NCBI GenBank assembly: GCA_964057225.1
Contig: OZ059900.1
Coordinates: forward strand, 26,164,001-26,228,000
Length of the DNA stretch: 64,000 nt
DNA from: Auanema rhodensis
Lineage: Eukaryota; Animalia; Nematoda
Reading direction: 5' to 3'
The notes below the pieces were generated by a model. It was not told the origin of the DNA. It worked only from the letters and a program-made list of their open reading frames with translations, and searched no databases. Position numbers and translations under genes: made by a program. Positions 37,300-52,300 of this stretch are shown in pieces (position 1 is the stretch's first letter; each line of letters begins with the position of its first letter).

Positions 37300-40200
37300 C
37301 CAAAAACTGGTTTTCCAGCATAATAAAATATTTCTCATGGGAAATACTGTGTTTTTGTATTTTTCTAGTGTTCAGCATGTAAGATGCTTTATTTTAGTAT
37401 GTAACACGCTGAAATTCGTTGCATTTGACGACTCATATGAACAAAAATCGATTTAATCAATATTAGCCATAAGGGGCGTGCCCTCAGAATATGCTAATTT
37501 CCTTAATTTTCTAACCCCTGTTTTTTTGTCGTGAAAGTGGAACTAGACGTTGTACGAACAATTTTGAGCTAGGTTTCATTGACATTGCATCAGTTTGAAC
37601 ACATGAAATCGTAAGTCAAAACCTTGTTTACAGCGAAATTTCCAAAAACTGGTTTTCCAGCATAATAAAATATTTCTCATGGGAAATACTGTGTTTTTGT
37701 ATTTTTCTAGTGTTCAGCATGTAAAATGCTTCATTTTAGTATGTAACACGCTGAAATTCGTTGCATTTGACGACTCGTATGAACAAAAATCGATTTAATC
37801 AATATTAGCCATAAGGGGCGTGCCCTCAGAATATGCTAATTTCCTTAATTTTCTAACCCCTGTTTTTTTGTCGTGAAAGTGGAACTAGACGTTGTACGAA
37901 CAATTTTGAGCTAGGTTTCATTGACATTGCATGAGTTTGAACACATGAAATCGTAAGTCAAAACCTTGTTTACAGCGAATTTTCCAAAAACTGGTTTTCC
38001 AGCATAATAAAATATTTCTCATGGGAAATACTGTGTTTTTGTATTTTTCTAGTGTTCAGCATGTAAAATGCTTCATTTTAGTATGTAACACGCTGAAATT
38101 TGTTGCATTTGACGACTCATATGAACAAAAATCGATTTAATCAATATTAGCCATAAGGGGCGTGCCCTCAGAATATGCTAATTTCCTTAATTTTCTAACC
38201 CCTGTTTTTTTGTCGTGAAAGTGGAACTAGACGTTGTACGAACAATTTTGAGCTAGGTTTCATTGACATTGCATGAGTTTGAACACATGAAATCGTAAGT
38301 CAAAACCTTGTTTACAGCGAAATTTCCAAAAACTGGTTTTCCAGCATAATAAAATATTTCTCAAGGGAAAAACTGTGTTTTTATATTTTTCTAGTGTTCA
38401 GCATGTGAAATGCTTTATTTTAGTATGTAACACGCTGAAATTTGTTGCATTTGACGACTCATATGAACAAAAATCGATTTAATCAATATTAGCCATAAGG
38501 GGCGTGCCCTCAGAATATGCTAATTTCCTTAATTTTCTAACCCCTGTTTTTTTGTCGTGAAAGTGGAACTAGACGTTGTACGAACAATTTTGAGCTAGGT
38601 TTCATTGACATTGCATGAGTTTGAACACATGAAATCGTAAGTCAAAACCTTGTTTACAGCGAAATTTCCAAAAACTGGTTTTCCAGCATAATAAAATATT
38701 TCTCATGGGAAATACTGTGTTTTTGTATTTTTCTAGTGTTCAGCATGTAAGATGCTTTATTTTAGTATGTAACACGCTGAAATTCGTTGCATTTGACGAC
38801 TCATATGAACAAAAATCGATTTAATCAATATTAGCCATAAGGGGCGTGCCCTCAGAATATGCTAATTTCCTTAATTTTCTAACCCCTGTTTTTTTGTCGT
38901 GAAAGTGGAACTAGACGTTGTACGAACAATTTTGAGCTAGGTTTCATTGACATTGCATCAGTTTGAACACATGAAATCGTAAGTCAAAACCTTGTTTACA
39001 GCGAAATTTCCAAAAACTGGTTTTCCAGCATAATAAAATATTTCTCATGGGAAATACTGTGTTTTTGTATTTTTCTAGTGTTCAGCATGTAAAATGCTTC
39101 ATTTTAGTATGTAACACGCTGAAATTCGTTGCATTTGACGACTCATATGAACAAAAATCGATTTAATCAATATTAGCCATAAGGGGCGTGCCCTCAGAAT
39201 ATGCTAATTTCCTTAATTTTCTAACCCCTGTTTTTTTGTCGTGAAAGTGGAACTAGACGTTGTACGAACAATTTTGAGCTAGGTTTCATTGACATTGCAT
39301 GAGTTTGAACACATGAAATCGTAAGTCAAAACCTTGTTTACAGCGAAATTTCCAAAAACTGGTTTTCCAGCATAATAAAATATTTCTCATGGGAAATACT
39401 GTGTTTTTGTATTTTTCTAGTGTTCAGCATGTAAAATGCTTCATTTTAGTATGTAACACGCTGAAATTTGTTGCATTTGACGACTCATATGAACAAAAAT
39501 CGATTTAATCAATATTAGCCATAAGGGGCGTGCCCTTAGAATATGCTAATTTCCTTAATTTTCTAACCCCTGTTTTTTTGTCGTGAAAGTGGAACTAGAC
39601 GTTCTACGAACAATTTTGAGCTAGGTTTCATTGACATTGCATGAGTTTGAACACATGAAATCGTAAGTCAAAACCTTGTTTACAGCGAAATTTCCAAAAA
39701 CTGGTTTTCCAGCATAATAAAATATTTCTCATGGGAAAAACTGTGTTTTTGTATTTTTCTAGTGTTCAGCATGTAAAATGCTTCATTTTAGTATGTAACA
39801 CGCTGAAATTCGTTGCATTTGACGACTCATATGAACAAAAATCGATTTAATCAATATTAGCCATAAGGGGCGTGCCCTCAGAATATGCTAATTTCCTTAA
39901 TTTTCTAACCCCTGTTTTTTCGTCGTGAAAGTGGAACTAGACGTTGTACGAACAATTTTGAGCTAGGTTTCATTGACATTGCATGAGTTTGAACACATGA
40001 AATCGTAAGTCAAAACCTTGTTTACAGCGAAATTTCCAAAAACTGGTTTTCCAGCATAATAAAATATTTCTCATGGGAAAAACTGTGTTTTTGTATTTTT
40101 CTAGTGTTCAGCATGTAAAATGCTTCATTTTAGTATGTAACACACTGAAATTTGTTGCATTTGACGACTCATATGAACAAAAATCGATTTAATCAATATT

Positions 40201-43200
40201 AGCCATAAGGGGCGTGCCCTCAGAATATGCTAATTTCTTTATTTTTCTAACCCCTGTTTTTTGTCGTGAAAGTGGAACTAGACGTTGTACGAACAATTTT
40301 GAGCTAGGTTTCATTGACATTGCATGAGTTTGAACACATGAAATCGTAAGTCAAAACCTTGTTTACAGCGAAATTTCCAAAAACTGGTTTTCCAGCATAA
40401 TAAAATATTTCTCAAGGGAAAAACTGTGTTTTTATATTTTTCTAGTGTTCAGCATGTGAAATGCTTTATTTTAGTATGTAACACGCTGAAATTTGTTGCA
40501 TTTGACGACTCATATGAACAAAAATCGATGTAATCAATATTAGCCATAAGGGGCGTGCCCTCAGAATATGCTAATTTCCTTAATTTTCTAACCCCTGTTT
40601 TTTTGTCGTGAAAGTGGAACTAGACGTTGTACGAACAATTTTGAGCTAGGTTTCATTGACATTGCATGAGTTTGAACACATGAAATCGTAAGTCAAAACC
40701 TTGTTTACAGCGAAATTTCCAAAAACTGGTTTTCCAGCATAATAAAATATTTCTCATGGGAAATACTGTGTTTTTGTATTTTTCTAGTGTTCAGCATGTA
40801 AAATGCTTCATTTTAGTATGTAACACGCTGAAATTCGTTGCATTTGACGACTCATATGAACAAAAATCGATTTAATCAATATTAGCCATAAGGGGCGTGC
40901 CCTCAGAATATGCTAATTTCTTTAATTTTCTAACCCCTGTTTTTTTGTCCTGAAAGTGGAACTAGACGTTGTACGAACAATTTTGAGCTAGGTTTCATTG
41001 ACATTGCATGAGTTTGAACACATGAAATCGTAAGTCAAAACCTTGTTTACAGCGAAATTTCCAAAAACTGGTTTTCCAGCATAATAAAATATTTCTCATG
41101 GGAAATACTGTGTTTTTGTATTTTTCTAGTGTTCAGCATGTAAGATGCTTTATTTTAGTATGTAACACGCTGAAATTCGTTGCATTTGACGACTCATATG
41201 AACAAAAATCGATTTAATCAATATTAGCCATAAGGGGCGTGCCCTCAGAATATGCTAATTACCTTAATTTTCTAACCCCTGTTTTTTTGTCGTGAAAGTG
41301 GAACTAGACGTTGTACGAACAATTTTGAGCTAGGTTTCATTGACATTGCATCAGTTTGAACACATGAAATCGTAAGTCAAAACCTTGTTTACAGCGAAAT
41401 TTCCAAAAACTGGTTTTCCAGCATAATAAAATATTTCTCATGGGAAATACTGTGTTTTTGTTTTTTTCTAGTGTTCAGCATGTAAAATGCTTCATTTTAG
41501 TATGTAACACGCTGAAATTCGTTGCATTTGACGACTCATATGAACAAAAATCGATTTAATCAATATTAGCCATAAGGGGCGTGCCCTCAGAATATGCTAA
41601 TTTCCTTAATTTTCTAACCCCTGTTTTTTTGTCGTGAAAGTGGAACTAGACGTTGTACGAACAATTTTGAGCTAGGTTTCATTGACATTGCATGAGTTTG
41701 AACACATGAAATCGTAAGTCAAAACCTTGTTTACAGCGAAATTTCCAAAAACTGGTTTTCCAGCATAATAAAATATTTCTCATGGGAAATACTGTGTTTT
41801 TGTATTTTTCTAGTGTTCAGCATGTAAAATGCTTCATTTTAGTATGTAACACGCTGAAATTTGTTGCATTTGACGACTCATATGAACAAAAATCGATTTA
41901 ATCAATATTAGCCATAAGGGGCGTGCCCTCAGAATATGCTAATTTCCTTAATTTTCTAACCCCTGTTTTTTTGTCGTGAAAGTGGAACTAGACGTTGTAC
42001 GAACAATTTTGAGCTAGGTTTCATTGACATTGCATGAGTTTGAACACATGAAATCGTAAGTCAAAACCTTGTTTACAGCGAAATTTCCAAAAACTGGTTT
42101 TCCAGCATAATAAAATATTTCTCAAGGGAAAAACTGTGTTTTTATATTTTTCTAGTGTTCAGCATGTGAAATGCTTTATTTTAGTATGTAACACGCTGAA
42201 ATTTGTTGCATTTGACGACTCATATGAACAAAAATCGATTTAATCAATATTAGCCATAAGGGGCGTGCCCTCAGAATATGCTAATTTCCTTAATTTTCTA
42301 ACCCCTGTTTTTTTGTCGTGAAAGTGGAACTAGACGTTGTACGAACAATTTTGAGCTAGGTTTCATTGACATTGCATGAGTTTGAACACATGAAATCGTA
42401 AGTCAAAACCTTGTTTACAGCGAAATTTCCAAAAACTGGTTTTCCAGCATAATAAAATATTTCTCATGGGAAATACTGTGTTTTTGTATTTTTCTAGTGT
42501 TCAGCATGTAAGATGCTTTATTTTAGTATGTAACACGCTGAAATTCGTTGCATTTGACGACTCATATGAACAAAAATCGATTTAATCAATATTAGCCATA
42601 AGGGGCGTGCCCTCAGAATATGCTAATTTCCTTAATTTTCTAACCCCTGTTTTTTTGTCGTGAAAGTGGAACTAGACGTTGTACGAACAATTTTGAGCTA
42701 GGTTTCATTGACATTGCATCAGTTTGAACACATGAAATCGTAAGTCAAAACCTTGTTTACAGCGAAATTTCCAAAAACTGGTTTTCCAGCATAATAAAAT
42801 ATTTCTCATGGGAAATACTGTGTTTTTGTATTTTTCTAGTGTTCAGCATGTAAAATGCTTCATTTTAGTATGTAACACGCTGAAATTCGTTGCATTTGAC
42901 GACTCATATGAACAAAAATCGATTTAATCAATATTAGCCATAAGGGTCGTGCCCTCAGAATATGCTAATTTCCTTAATTTTCTAACCCCTGTTTTTTTGT
43001 CGTGAAAGTGGAACTAGACGTTGTACGAACAATTTTGAGCTAGGTTTCATTGACATTGCATGAGTTTGAACACATGAAATCGTAAGTCAAAACCTTGTTT
43101 ACAGCGAAATTTCCAAAAACTGGTTTTCCAGCATAATAAAATATTTCTCATGGGAAATACTGTGTTTTTGTATTTTTCTAGTGTTCAGCATGTAAAATGC

Positions 43201-44350
43201 TTCATTTTAGTATGTAACACGCTGAAATTTGTTGCATTTGACGACTCATATGAACAAAAATCGATTTAATCAATATTAGCCATAAGGGGCGTGCCCTTAG
43301 AATATGCTAATTTCCTTAATTTTCTAACCCCTGTTTTTTTGTCGTGAAAGTGGAACTAGACGTTCTACGAACAATTTTGAGCTAGGTTTCATTGACATTG
43401 CATGAGTTTGAACACATGAAATCGTAAGTCAAAACCTTGTTTACAGCGAAATTTCCAAAAACTGGTTTTCCAGCATAATAAAATATTTCTCATGGGAAAA
43501 ACTGTGTTTTTGTATTTTTCTAGTGTTCAGCATGTAAAATGCTTCATTTTAGTATGTAACACGCTGAAATTCGTTGCATTTGACGACTCATATGAACAAA
43601 AATCGATTTAATCAATATTAGCCATAAGGGGCGTGCCCTCAGAATATGCTAATTTCCTTAATTTTCTAACCCCTGTTTTTTCGTCGTGAAAGTGGAACTA
43701 GACGTTGTACGAACAATTTTGAGCTAGGTTTCATTGACATTGCATGAGTTTGAACACATGAAATCGTAAGTCAAAACCTTGTTTACAGCGAAATTTCCAA
43801 AAACTGGTTTTCCAGCATAATAAAATATTTCTCATGGGAAAAACTGTGTTTTTGTATTTTTCTAGTGTTCAGCATGTAAAATGCTTCATTTTAGTATGTA
43901 ACACACTGAAATTTGTTGCATTTGACGACTCATATGAACAAAAATCGATTTAATCAATATTAGCCATAAGGGGCGTGCCCTCAGAATATGCTAATTTCTT
44001 TATTTTTCTAACCCCTGTTTTTTGTCGTGAAAGTGGAACTAGACGTTGTACGAACAATTTTGAGCTAGGTTTCATTGACATTGCATGAGTTTGAACACAT
44101 GAAATCGTAAGTCAAAACCTTGTTTACAGCGAAATTTCCAAAAACTGGTTTTCCAGCATAATAAAATATTTCTCAAGGGAAAAACTGTGTTTTTATATTT
44201 TTCTAGTGTTCAGCATGTGAAATGCTTTATTTTAGTATGTAACACGCTGAAATTTGTTGCATTTGACGACTCATATGAACAAAAATCGATGTAATCAATA
44301 TTAGCCATAAGGGGCGTGCCCTCAGAATATGCTAATTTCCTTAATTTTCT
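37300..44350. repeat. 11-monomer higher-order duplication (period 3761 bp)
   Basis: Paired markers: CCCTTAG 39533/43294, AAGATGCTTT 37381/41142, CAAGGG-type monomers ~38362/42123, and a CAAGGG+GATGTAAT hybrid at ~40528/44289. Confidence 0.88.
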
Positions 44351-46345
44351 AACCCCTGTTTTTTTGTCGTGAAAGTGGAACTAGACGTTGTACGAACAAT
44401 TTTGAGCTAGGTTTCATTGACATTGCATCAGTTTGAACACATGAAATCGTAAGTCAAAACCTTGTTTACAGCGAAATTTCCAAAAACTGGTTTTGCAGCA
44501 TAATAAAATATTTCTCATGGGAAATACTGTGTTTTTGTATTTTTCTAGTGTTCAGCATGTAAAATGCTTCATTTTAGTATGTAACACGCTGAAATTCGTT
44601 GCATTTGACGACTCATATGAACAAAAATCGATTTAATCAATATTAGCCATAAGGGGCGTGCCCTCAGAATATGCTAATTTCCTTAATTTTCTAACCCCTG
44701 TTTTTTCGTCGTGAAAGTGGAACTAGACGTTGTACGAACAATTTTGAGCTAGGTTTCATTGACATTGCATGAGTTTGAACACATGAAATCGTAAGTCAAA
44801 ACCTTGTTTACAGCGAAATTTCCAAAAACTGGTTTTCCAGCATAATAAAATATTTCTCATGGGAAAAACTGTGTTTTTGTATTTTTCTAGTGTTCAGCAT
44901 GTAAAATGCTTCATTTTAGTATGTAACACACTGAAATTTGTTGCATTTGACGACTCATATGAACAAAAATCGATTTAATCAATATTAGCCATAAGGGGCG
45001 TGCCCTCAGAATATGCTAATTTCTTTATTTTTCTAACCCCTGTTTTTTGTCGTGAAAGTGGAACTAGACGTTGTACGAACAATTTTGAGCTAGGTTTCAT
45101 TGACATTGCATGAGTTTGAACACATGAAATCGTAAGTCAAAACCTTGTTTACAGCGAAATTTCCAAAAACTGGTTTTCCAGCATAATAAAATATTTCTCA
45201 TGGGAAATACTGTGTTTTTGTATTTTTCTAGTGTTCAACATGTAAAATGCTTCATTTTAGTATGTAACACGCTGAAATTCGTTGCATTTGACGACTCATA
45301 TGAACAAAAATCGATTTAATCAATATTAGCCATAAGGGGCGTGCCCTCAGAATATGCTAATTTCCTTAATTTTCTAACCCCTGTTTTTTTGTCGTGAAAG
45401 TGGAACTAGACGTTGTACGAACAATTTTGAGCTAGGTTTCATTGACATTGCATGAGTTTGAACACATGAAATCGTAAGTCAAAACCTTGTTTACAGCGAA
45501 ATTTCCAAAAACTGGTTTTCCAGCATAATAAAATATTTCTCATGGGAAATACTGTGTTTTTGTATTTTTCTAGTGTTCAGCATGTAAAATGCTTCATTTT
45601 AGTATGTAACACGCTGAAATTCGTTGCATTTGACGACTCATATGAACAAAAATCGATTTAATCAATATTAGCCATAAGGGGCGTGCCCTCAGAATATGCT
45701 AATTTCTTTAATTTTCTAACCCCTGTTTTTTTGTCCTGAAAGTGGAACTAGACGTTGTACGAACAATTTTGAGCTAGGTTTCATTGACATTGCATGAGTT
45801 TGAACACATGAAATCGTAAGTCAAAACCTTGTTTACAGCGAAATTTCCAAAAACTGGTTTTCCAGCATAATAAAATATTTCTCATGGGAAATACTGTGTT
45901 TTTGTATTTTTCTAGTGTTCAGCATGTAAGATGCTTTATTTTAGTATGTAACACGCTGAAATTCGTTGCATTTGACGACTCATATGAACAAAAATCGATT
46001 TAATCAATATTAGCCATAAGGGGCGTGCCCTCAGAATATGCTAATTTCCTTAATTTTCTAACCCCTGTTTTTTTGTCGTGAAAGTGGAACTAGACGTTGT
46101 ACGAACAATTTTGAGCTAGGTTTCATTGACATTGCATCAGTTTGAACACATGAAATCGTAAGTCAAAACCTTGTTTACAGCGAAATTTCCAAAAACTGGT
46201 TTTCCAGCATAATAAAATATTTCTCATGGGAAATACTGTGTTTTTGTTTTTTTCTAGTGTTCAGCATGTAAAATGCTTCATTTTAGTATGTAACACGCTG
46301 AAATTCGTTGCATTTGACGACTCATATGAACAAAAATCGATTTAA

Positions 46346-49300
46346 TCAATATTAGCCATAAGGGGCGTGCCCTCAGAATATGCTAATTTCCTTAATTTTC
46401 TAACCCCTGTTTTTTTGTCGTGAAAGTGGAACTAGACGTTGTACGAACAATTTTGAGCTAGGTTTCATTGACATTGCATGAGTTTGAACACATGAAATCG
46501 TAAGTCAAAACCTTGTTTACAGCGAAATTTCCAAAAACTGGTTTTCCAGCATAATAAAATATTTCTCATGGGAAATACTGTGTTTTTGTATTTTTCTAGT
46601 GTTCAGCATGTAAAATGCTTCATTTTAGTATGTAACACGCTGAAATTCGTTGCATTTGACGACTCATATGAACAAAAATCGATTTAATCAATATTAGCCA
46701 TAAGGGGCGTGCCCTCAGAATATGCTAATTTCCTTAATTTTCTAACCCCTGTTTTTTTGTCGTGAAAGTGGAACTAGACGTTCTACGAACAATTTTGAGC
46801 TAGGTTTCATTGACATTGCATGAGTTTGAACACATGAAATCGTAAGTCAAAACCTTGTTTACAGCGAAATTTCCAAAAACTGGTTTTCCAGCATAATAAA
46901 ATATTTCTCATGGGAAAAACTGTGTTTTTGTATTTTTCTAGTGTTCAGCATGTAAAATGCTTCATTTTAGTATGTAACACACTGAAATTTGTTGCATTTG
47001 ACGACTCATATGAACAAAAATCGATTTAATCAATATTAGCCATAAGGGGCGTGCCCTCAGAATATGCTAATTTCCTTAATTTTCTAACCCCTGTTTTTTT
47101 GTCGTGAAAGTGGAACTAGACGTTGTACGAACAATTTTGAGCTAGGTTTCATTGACATTGCATGAGTTTGAACACATGAAATCGTAAGTCAAAACCTTGT
47201 TTACAGCGAAATTTCCAAAAACTGGTTTTCCAGCATAATAAAATATTTCTCAAGGGAAAAACTGTGTTTTTATATTTTTCTAGTGTTCAGCATGTGAAAT
47301 GCTTTATTTTAGTATGTAACACGCTGAAATTTGTTGCATTTGACGACTCATATGAACAAAAATCGATTTAATCAATATTAGCCATAAGGGGCGTGCCCTC
47401 AGAATATGCTAATTTCCTTAATTTTCTAACCCCTGTTTTTTTGTCGTGAAAGTGGAACTAGACGTTGTACGAACAATTTTGAGCTAGGTTTCATTGACAT
47501 TGCATGAGTTTGAACACATGAAATCGTAAGTCAAAACCTTGTTTACAGCGAAATTTCCAAAAACTGGTTTTCCAGCATAATAAAATATTTCTCATGGGAA
47601 AAACTGTGTTTTTGTATTTTTCTAGTGTTCAGCATGTAAAATGCTTCATTTTAGTATGTAACACACTGAAATTTGTTGCATTTGACGACTCATATGAACA
47701 AAAATCGATTTAATCAATATTAGCCATAAGGGGCGTGCCCTCAGAATATGCTAATTTCCTTAATTTTCTAACCCCTGTTTTTTTGTCGTGAAAGTGGAAC
47801 TGGACGTTGTACGAACAATTTTGAGCTAGGTTTCATTGACATTGCATGAGTTTGAACACATGAAATCGTAAGTCAAAACCTTGTTTACAGCGAAATTTCC
47901 AAAAACTGGTTTTCCAGCATAATAAAATATTTCTCAAGGGAAAAACTGTGTTTTTATATTTTTCTAGTGTTCAGCATGTGAAATGCTTTATTTTAGTATG
48001 TAACACGCTGAAATTTGTTGCATTTGACGACTCATATGAACAAAAATCGATTTAATCAATATTAGCCATAAGGGGCGTGCCCTCAGAATATGCTAATTTC
48101 CTTAATTTTCTAACCCCTGTTTTTTTGTCGTGAAAGTGGAACTAGACGTTGTACGAACAATTTTGAGCTAGGTTTCATTGACATTGCATGAGTTTGAACA
48201 CATGAAATCGTAAGTCAAAACCTTGTTTACAGCGAAATTTCCAAAAACTGGTTTTCCAGCATAATACAATATTTCTCATGGGAAATACTGTGTTTTTGTA
48301 TTTTTCTAGTGTTCAGAATGTAAAATGCTTTATTTTAGTATGTAACACGCTGAAATTCGTTGCATTTGACGACTCATATGAACAAAAATCGATTTAATCA
48401 ATATTAGCCATAAGGGGCGTGCCCTCAGAATATGCTAATTTCCTTAATTTTCTAACCCCTGTTTTTTTGTCGTGAAAGTGGAACTAGACGTTGTACGAAC
48501 AATTTTGAGCTAGGTTTCATTGACATTGCATCAGTTTGAACACATGAAATCGTAAGTCAAAACCTTGTTTACAGCGAAATTTCCAAAAACTGGTTTTCCA
48601 GCATAATAAAATATTTCTCATGGGAAATACTGTGTTTTTGTATTTTTCTAGTGTTCAGCATGTAAAATGCTTCATTTTAGTATGTAACACGCTGAAATTC
48701 GTTGCATTTGACGACTCATATGAACAAAAATCGATTTAATCAATATTAGCCATAAGGGGCGTGCCCTCAGAATATGCTAATTTCCTTAATTTTCTAACCC
48801 CTGTTTTTTTGTCGTGAAAGTGGAACTAGACGTTCTACGAACAATTTTGAGCTAGGTTTCATTGACATTGCATGAGTTTGAACACATGAAATCGTAAGTC
48901 AAAACCTTGTTTACAGCGAAATTTCCAAAAACTGGTTTTCCAGCATAATAAAATATTTCTCATGGGAAAAACTGTGTTTTTGTATTTTTCTAGTGTTCAG
49001 CATGTAAAATGCTTCATTTTAGTATGTAACACGCTGAAATTTGTTGCATTTGACGACTCATATGAACAAAAATCGATTTAATCAATATTAGCCATAAGGG
49101 GCGTGCCCTCAGAATATGTTAATTTCCTTAATTTTCTAACCCTTGTTTTTTTGTCGTGAAAGTGGAACTAGACGTTGTACGAACAATTTTGAGCTAGGTT
49201 TCATTGACATTGCATGAGTTTGAACACATGAAATCGTAAGTCAAAACCTTGTTTACAGCGAAATTTCTAAAAACTGGTTTTCCAGCATAATAAAATATTT

Positions 49301-52300
49301 CTCAAGGGAAAAACTGTGTTTTTATATTTTTCTAGTGTTCAGCATGTGAAATGTTTTATTTTAGTATGTAACACGCTGAAATTTGTTGCATTTGACGACT
49401 CATATGAACAAAAATCGATTTAATCAATATTAGCCATAAGGGGCGTGCCCTCAGAATATGCTAATTTCCTTAATTTTCTAACCCCTGTTTTTTTGTCGTG
49501 AAAGTGGAACTAGACGTTGTACGAACAATTTTGAGCTAGGTTTCATTGACATTGCATGAGTTTGAACACATGAAATCGTAAGTCAAAACCTTGTTTACAG
49601 CGAAATTTCCAAAAACTGGTTTTCCAGCATAATAAAATATTTCTCATGGGAAATACTGTGTTTTTGTATTTTTCTAGTGTTCAGCATGTAAAATGCTTCA
49701 TTTTAGTATGTAACACGCTGAAATTCGTTGCATTTGACGACTCATATGAACAAAAATCGATGTAATCAATATTAGCCATAAGGGGCGTGCCCTCAGAATA
49801 TGCTAATTTCCTTAATTTTCTAACCCCTGTTTTTTTGTCGTGAAAGTGGAACTAGACGTTGTACGAACAATTTTGAGCTAGGTTTCATTGACATTGCATC
49901 AGTTTGAACACATGAAATCGTAAGTCAAAACCTTGTTTACAGCGAAATTTCCAAAAACTGGTTTTCCAGCATAATAAAATATTTCTCATGGGAAATACTG
50001 TGTTTTTCTATTTTTCTAGTGTTCAGCATGTAAAATGCTTCATTTTAGTATGTAACACGCTGAAATTCGTTGCATTTGACGACTCATATGAACAAAAATC
50101 GATTTATTCAATATTAGCCATAAGGGGCGTGCCCTCAGAATATGCTAATTTCCTTAATTTTCTAACCCCTGTTTTTTTGTCGTGAAAGTGGAACTAGACG
50201 TTGTACGAACAATTTTGAGCTAGGTTTCATTGACATTGCATGAGTTTGAACACATGAAATCGTAAGTCAAAACCTTGTTTACAGCGAAATTTCCAAAAAC
50301 TGGTTTTCCAGCATAATAAAATATTTCTCATGGGAAATACTGTGTTTTTGTATTTTTCTAGTGTTCAGCATGTAAAATGCTTCATTTTAGTATGTAACAC
50401 GCTGAAATTCGTTGCATTTGACGACTCATATGAACAAAAATCGATTTAATCAATATTAGCCATAAGGGGCGTGCCCTCAGAATATGCTAATTTCCTTAAT
50501 TTTCTAACCCCTGTTTTTTTGTCGTGAAAGTGGAACTAGACGTTCTACGAACAATTTTGAGCTAGGTTTCATTGACATTGCATGAGTTTGAACACATGAA
50601 ATCGTAAGTCAAAACCTTGTTTACAGCGAAATTTCCAAAAACTGGTTTTCCAGCATAATAAAATATTTCTCATGGGAAAAACTGTGTTTTTGTATTTTTC
50701 TAGTGTTCAGCATGTAAAATGCTTCATTTTAGTATGTAACACACTGAAATTTGTTGCATTTGACGACTCATATGAACAAAAATCGATTTAATCAATATTA
50801 GCCATAAGGGGCGTGCCCTCAGAATATGCTAATTTCCTTAATTTTCTAACCCCTGTTTTTTTGTCGTGAAAGTGGAACTAGACGTTGTACGAACAATTTT
50901 GAGCTAGGTTTCATTGACATTGCATGAGTTTGAACACATGAAATCGTAAGTCAAAACCTTGTTTACAGCGAAATTTCCAAAAACTGGTTTTCCAGCATAA
51001 TAAAATATTTCTCAAGGGAAAAACTGTGTTTTTATATTTTTCTAGTGTTCAGCATGTGAAATGCTTTATTTTAGTATGTAACACGCTGAAATTTGTTGCA
51101 TTTGACGACTCATATGAACAAAAATCGATTTAATCAATATTAGCCATAAGGGGCGTGCCCTCAGAATATGCTAATTTCCTTAATTTTCTAACCCCTGTTT
51201 TTTTGTCGTGAAAGTGGAACTAGACGTTGTACGAACAATTTTGAGCTAGGTTTCATTGACATTGCATGAGTTTGAACACATGAAATCGTAAGTCAAAACC
51301 TTGTTTACAGCGAAATTTCCAAAAACTGGTTTTCCAGCATAATAAAATATTTCTCATGGGAAAAACTGTGTTTTTGTATTTTTCTAGTGTTCAGCATGTA
51401 AAATGCTTCATTTTAGTATGTAACACACTGAAATTTGTTGCATTTGACGACTCATATGAACAAAAATCGATTTAATCAATATTAGCCATAAGGGGCGTGC
51501 CCTCAGAATATGCTAATTTCCTTAATTTTCTAACCCCTGTTTTTTTGTCGTGAAAGTGGAACTGGACGTTGTACGAACAATTTTGAGCTAGGTTTCATTG
51601 ACATTGCATGAGTTTGAACACATGAAATCGTAAGTCAAAACCTTGTTTACAGCGAAATTTCCAAAAACTGGTTTTCCAGCATAATAAAATATTTCTCAAG
51701 GGAAAAACTGTGTTTTTATATTTTTCTAGTGTTCAGCATGTGAAATGCTTTATTTTAGTATGTAACACGCTGAAATTTGTTGCATTTGACGACTCATATG
51801 AACAAAAATCGATTTAATCAATATTAGCCATAAGGGGCGTGCCCTCAGAATATGCTAATTTCCTTAATTTTCTAACCCCTGTTTTTTTGTCGTGAAAGTG
51901 GAACTAGACGTTGTACGAACAATTTTGAGCTAGGTTTCATTGACATTGCATGAGTTTGAACACATGAAATCGTAAGTCAAAACCTTGTTTACAGCGAAAT
52001 TTCCAAAAACTGGTTTTCCAGCATAATACAATATTTCTCATGGGAAATACTGTGTTTTTGTATTTTTCTAGTGTTCAGAATGTAAAATGCTTTATTTTAG
52101 TATGTAACACGCTGAAATTCGTTGCATTTGACGACTCATATGAACAAAAATCGATTTAATCAATATTAGCCATAAGGGGCGTGCCCTCAGAATATGCTAA
52201 TTTCCTTAATTTTCTAACCCCTGTTTTTTTGTCGTGAAAGTGGAACTAGACGTTGTACGAACAATTTTGAGCTAGGTTTCATTGACATTGCATCAGTTTG

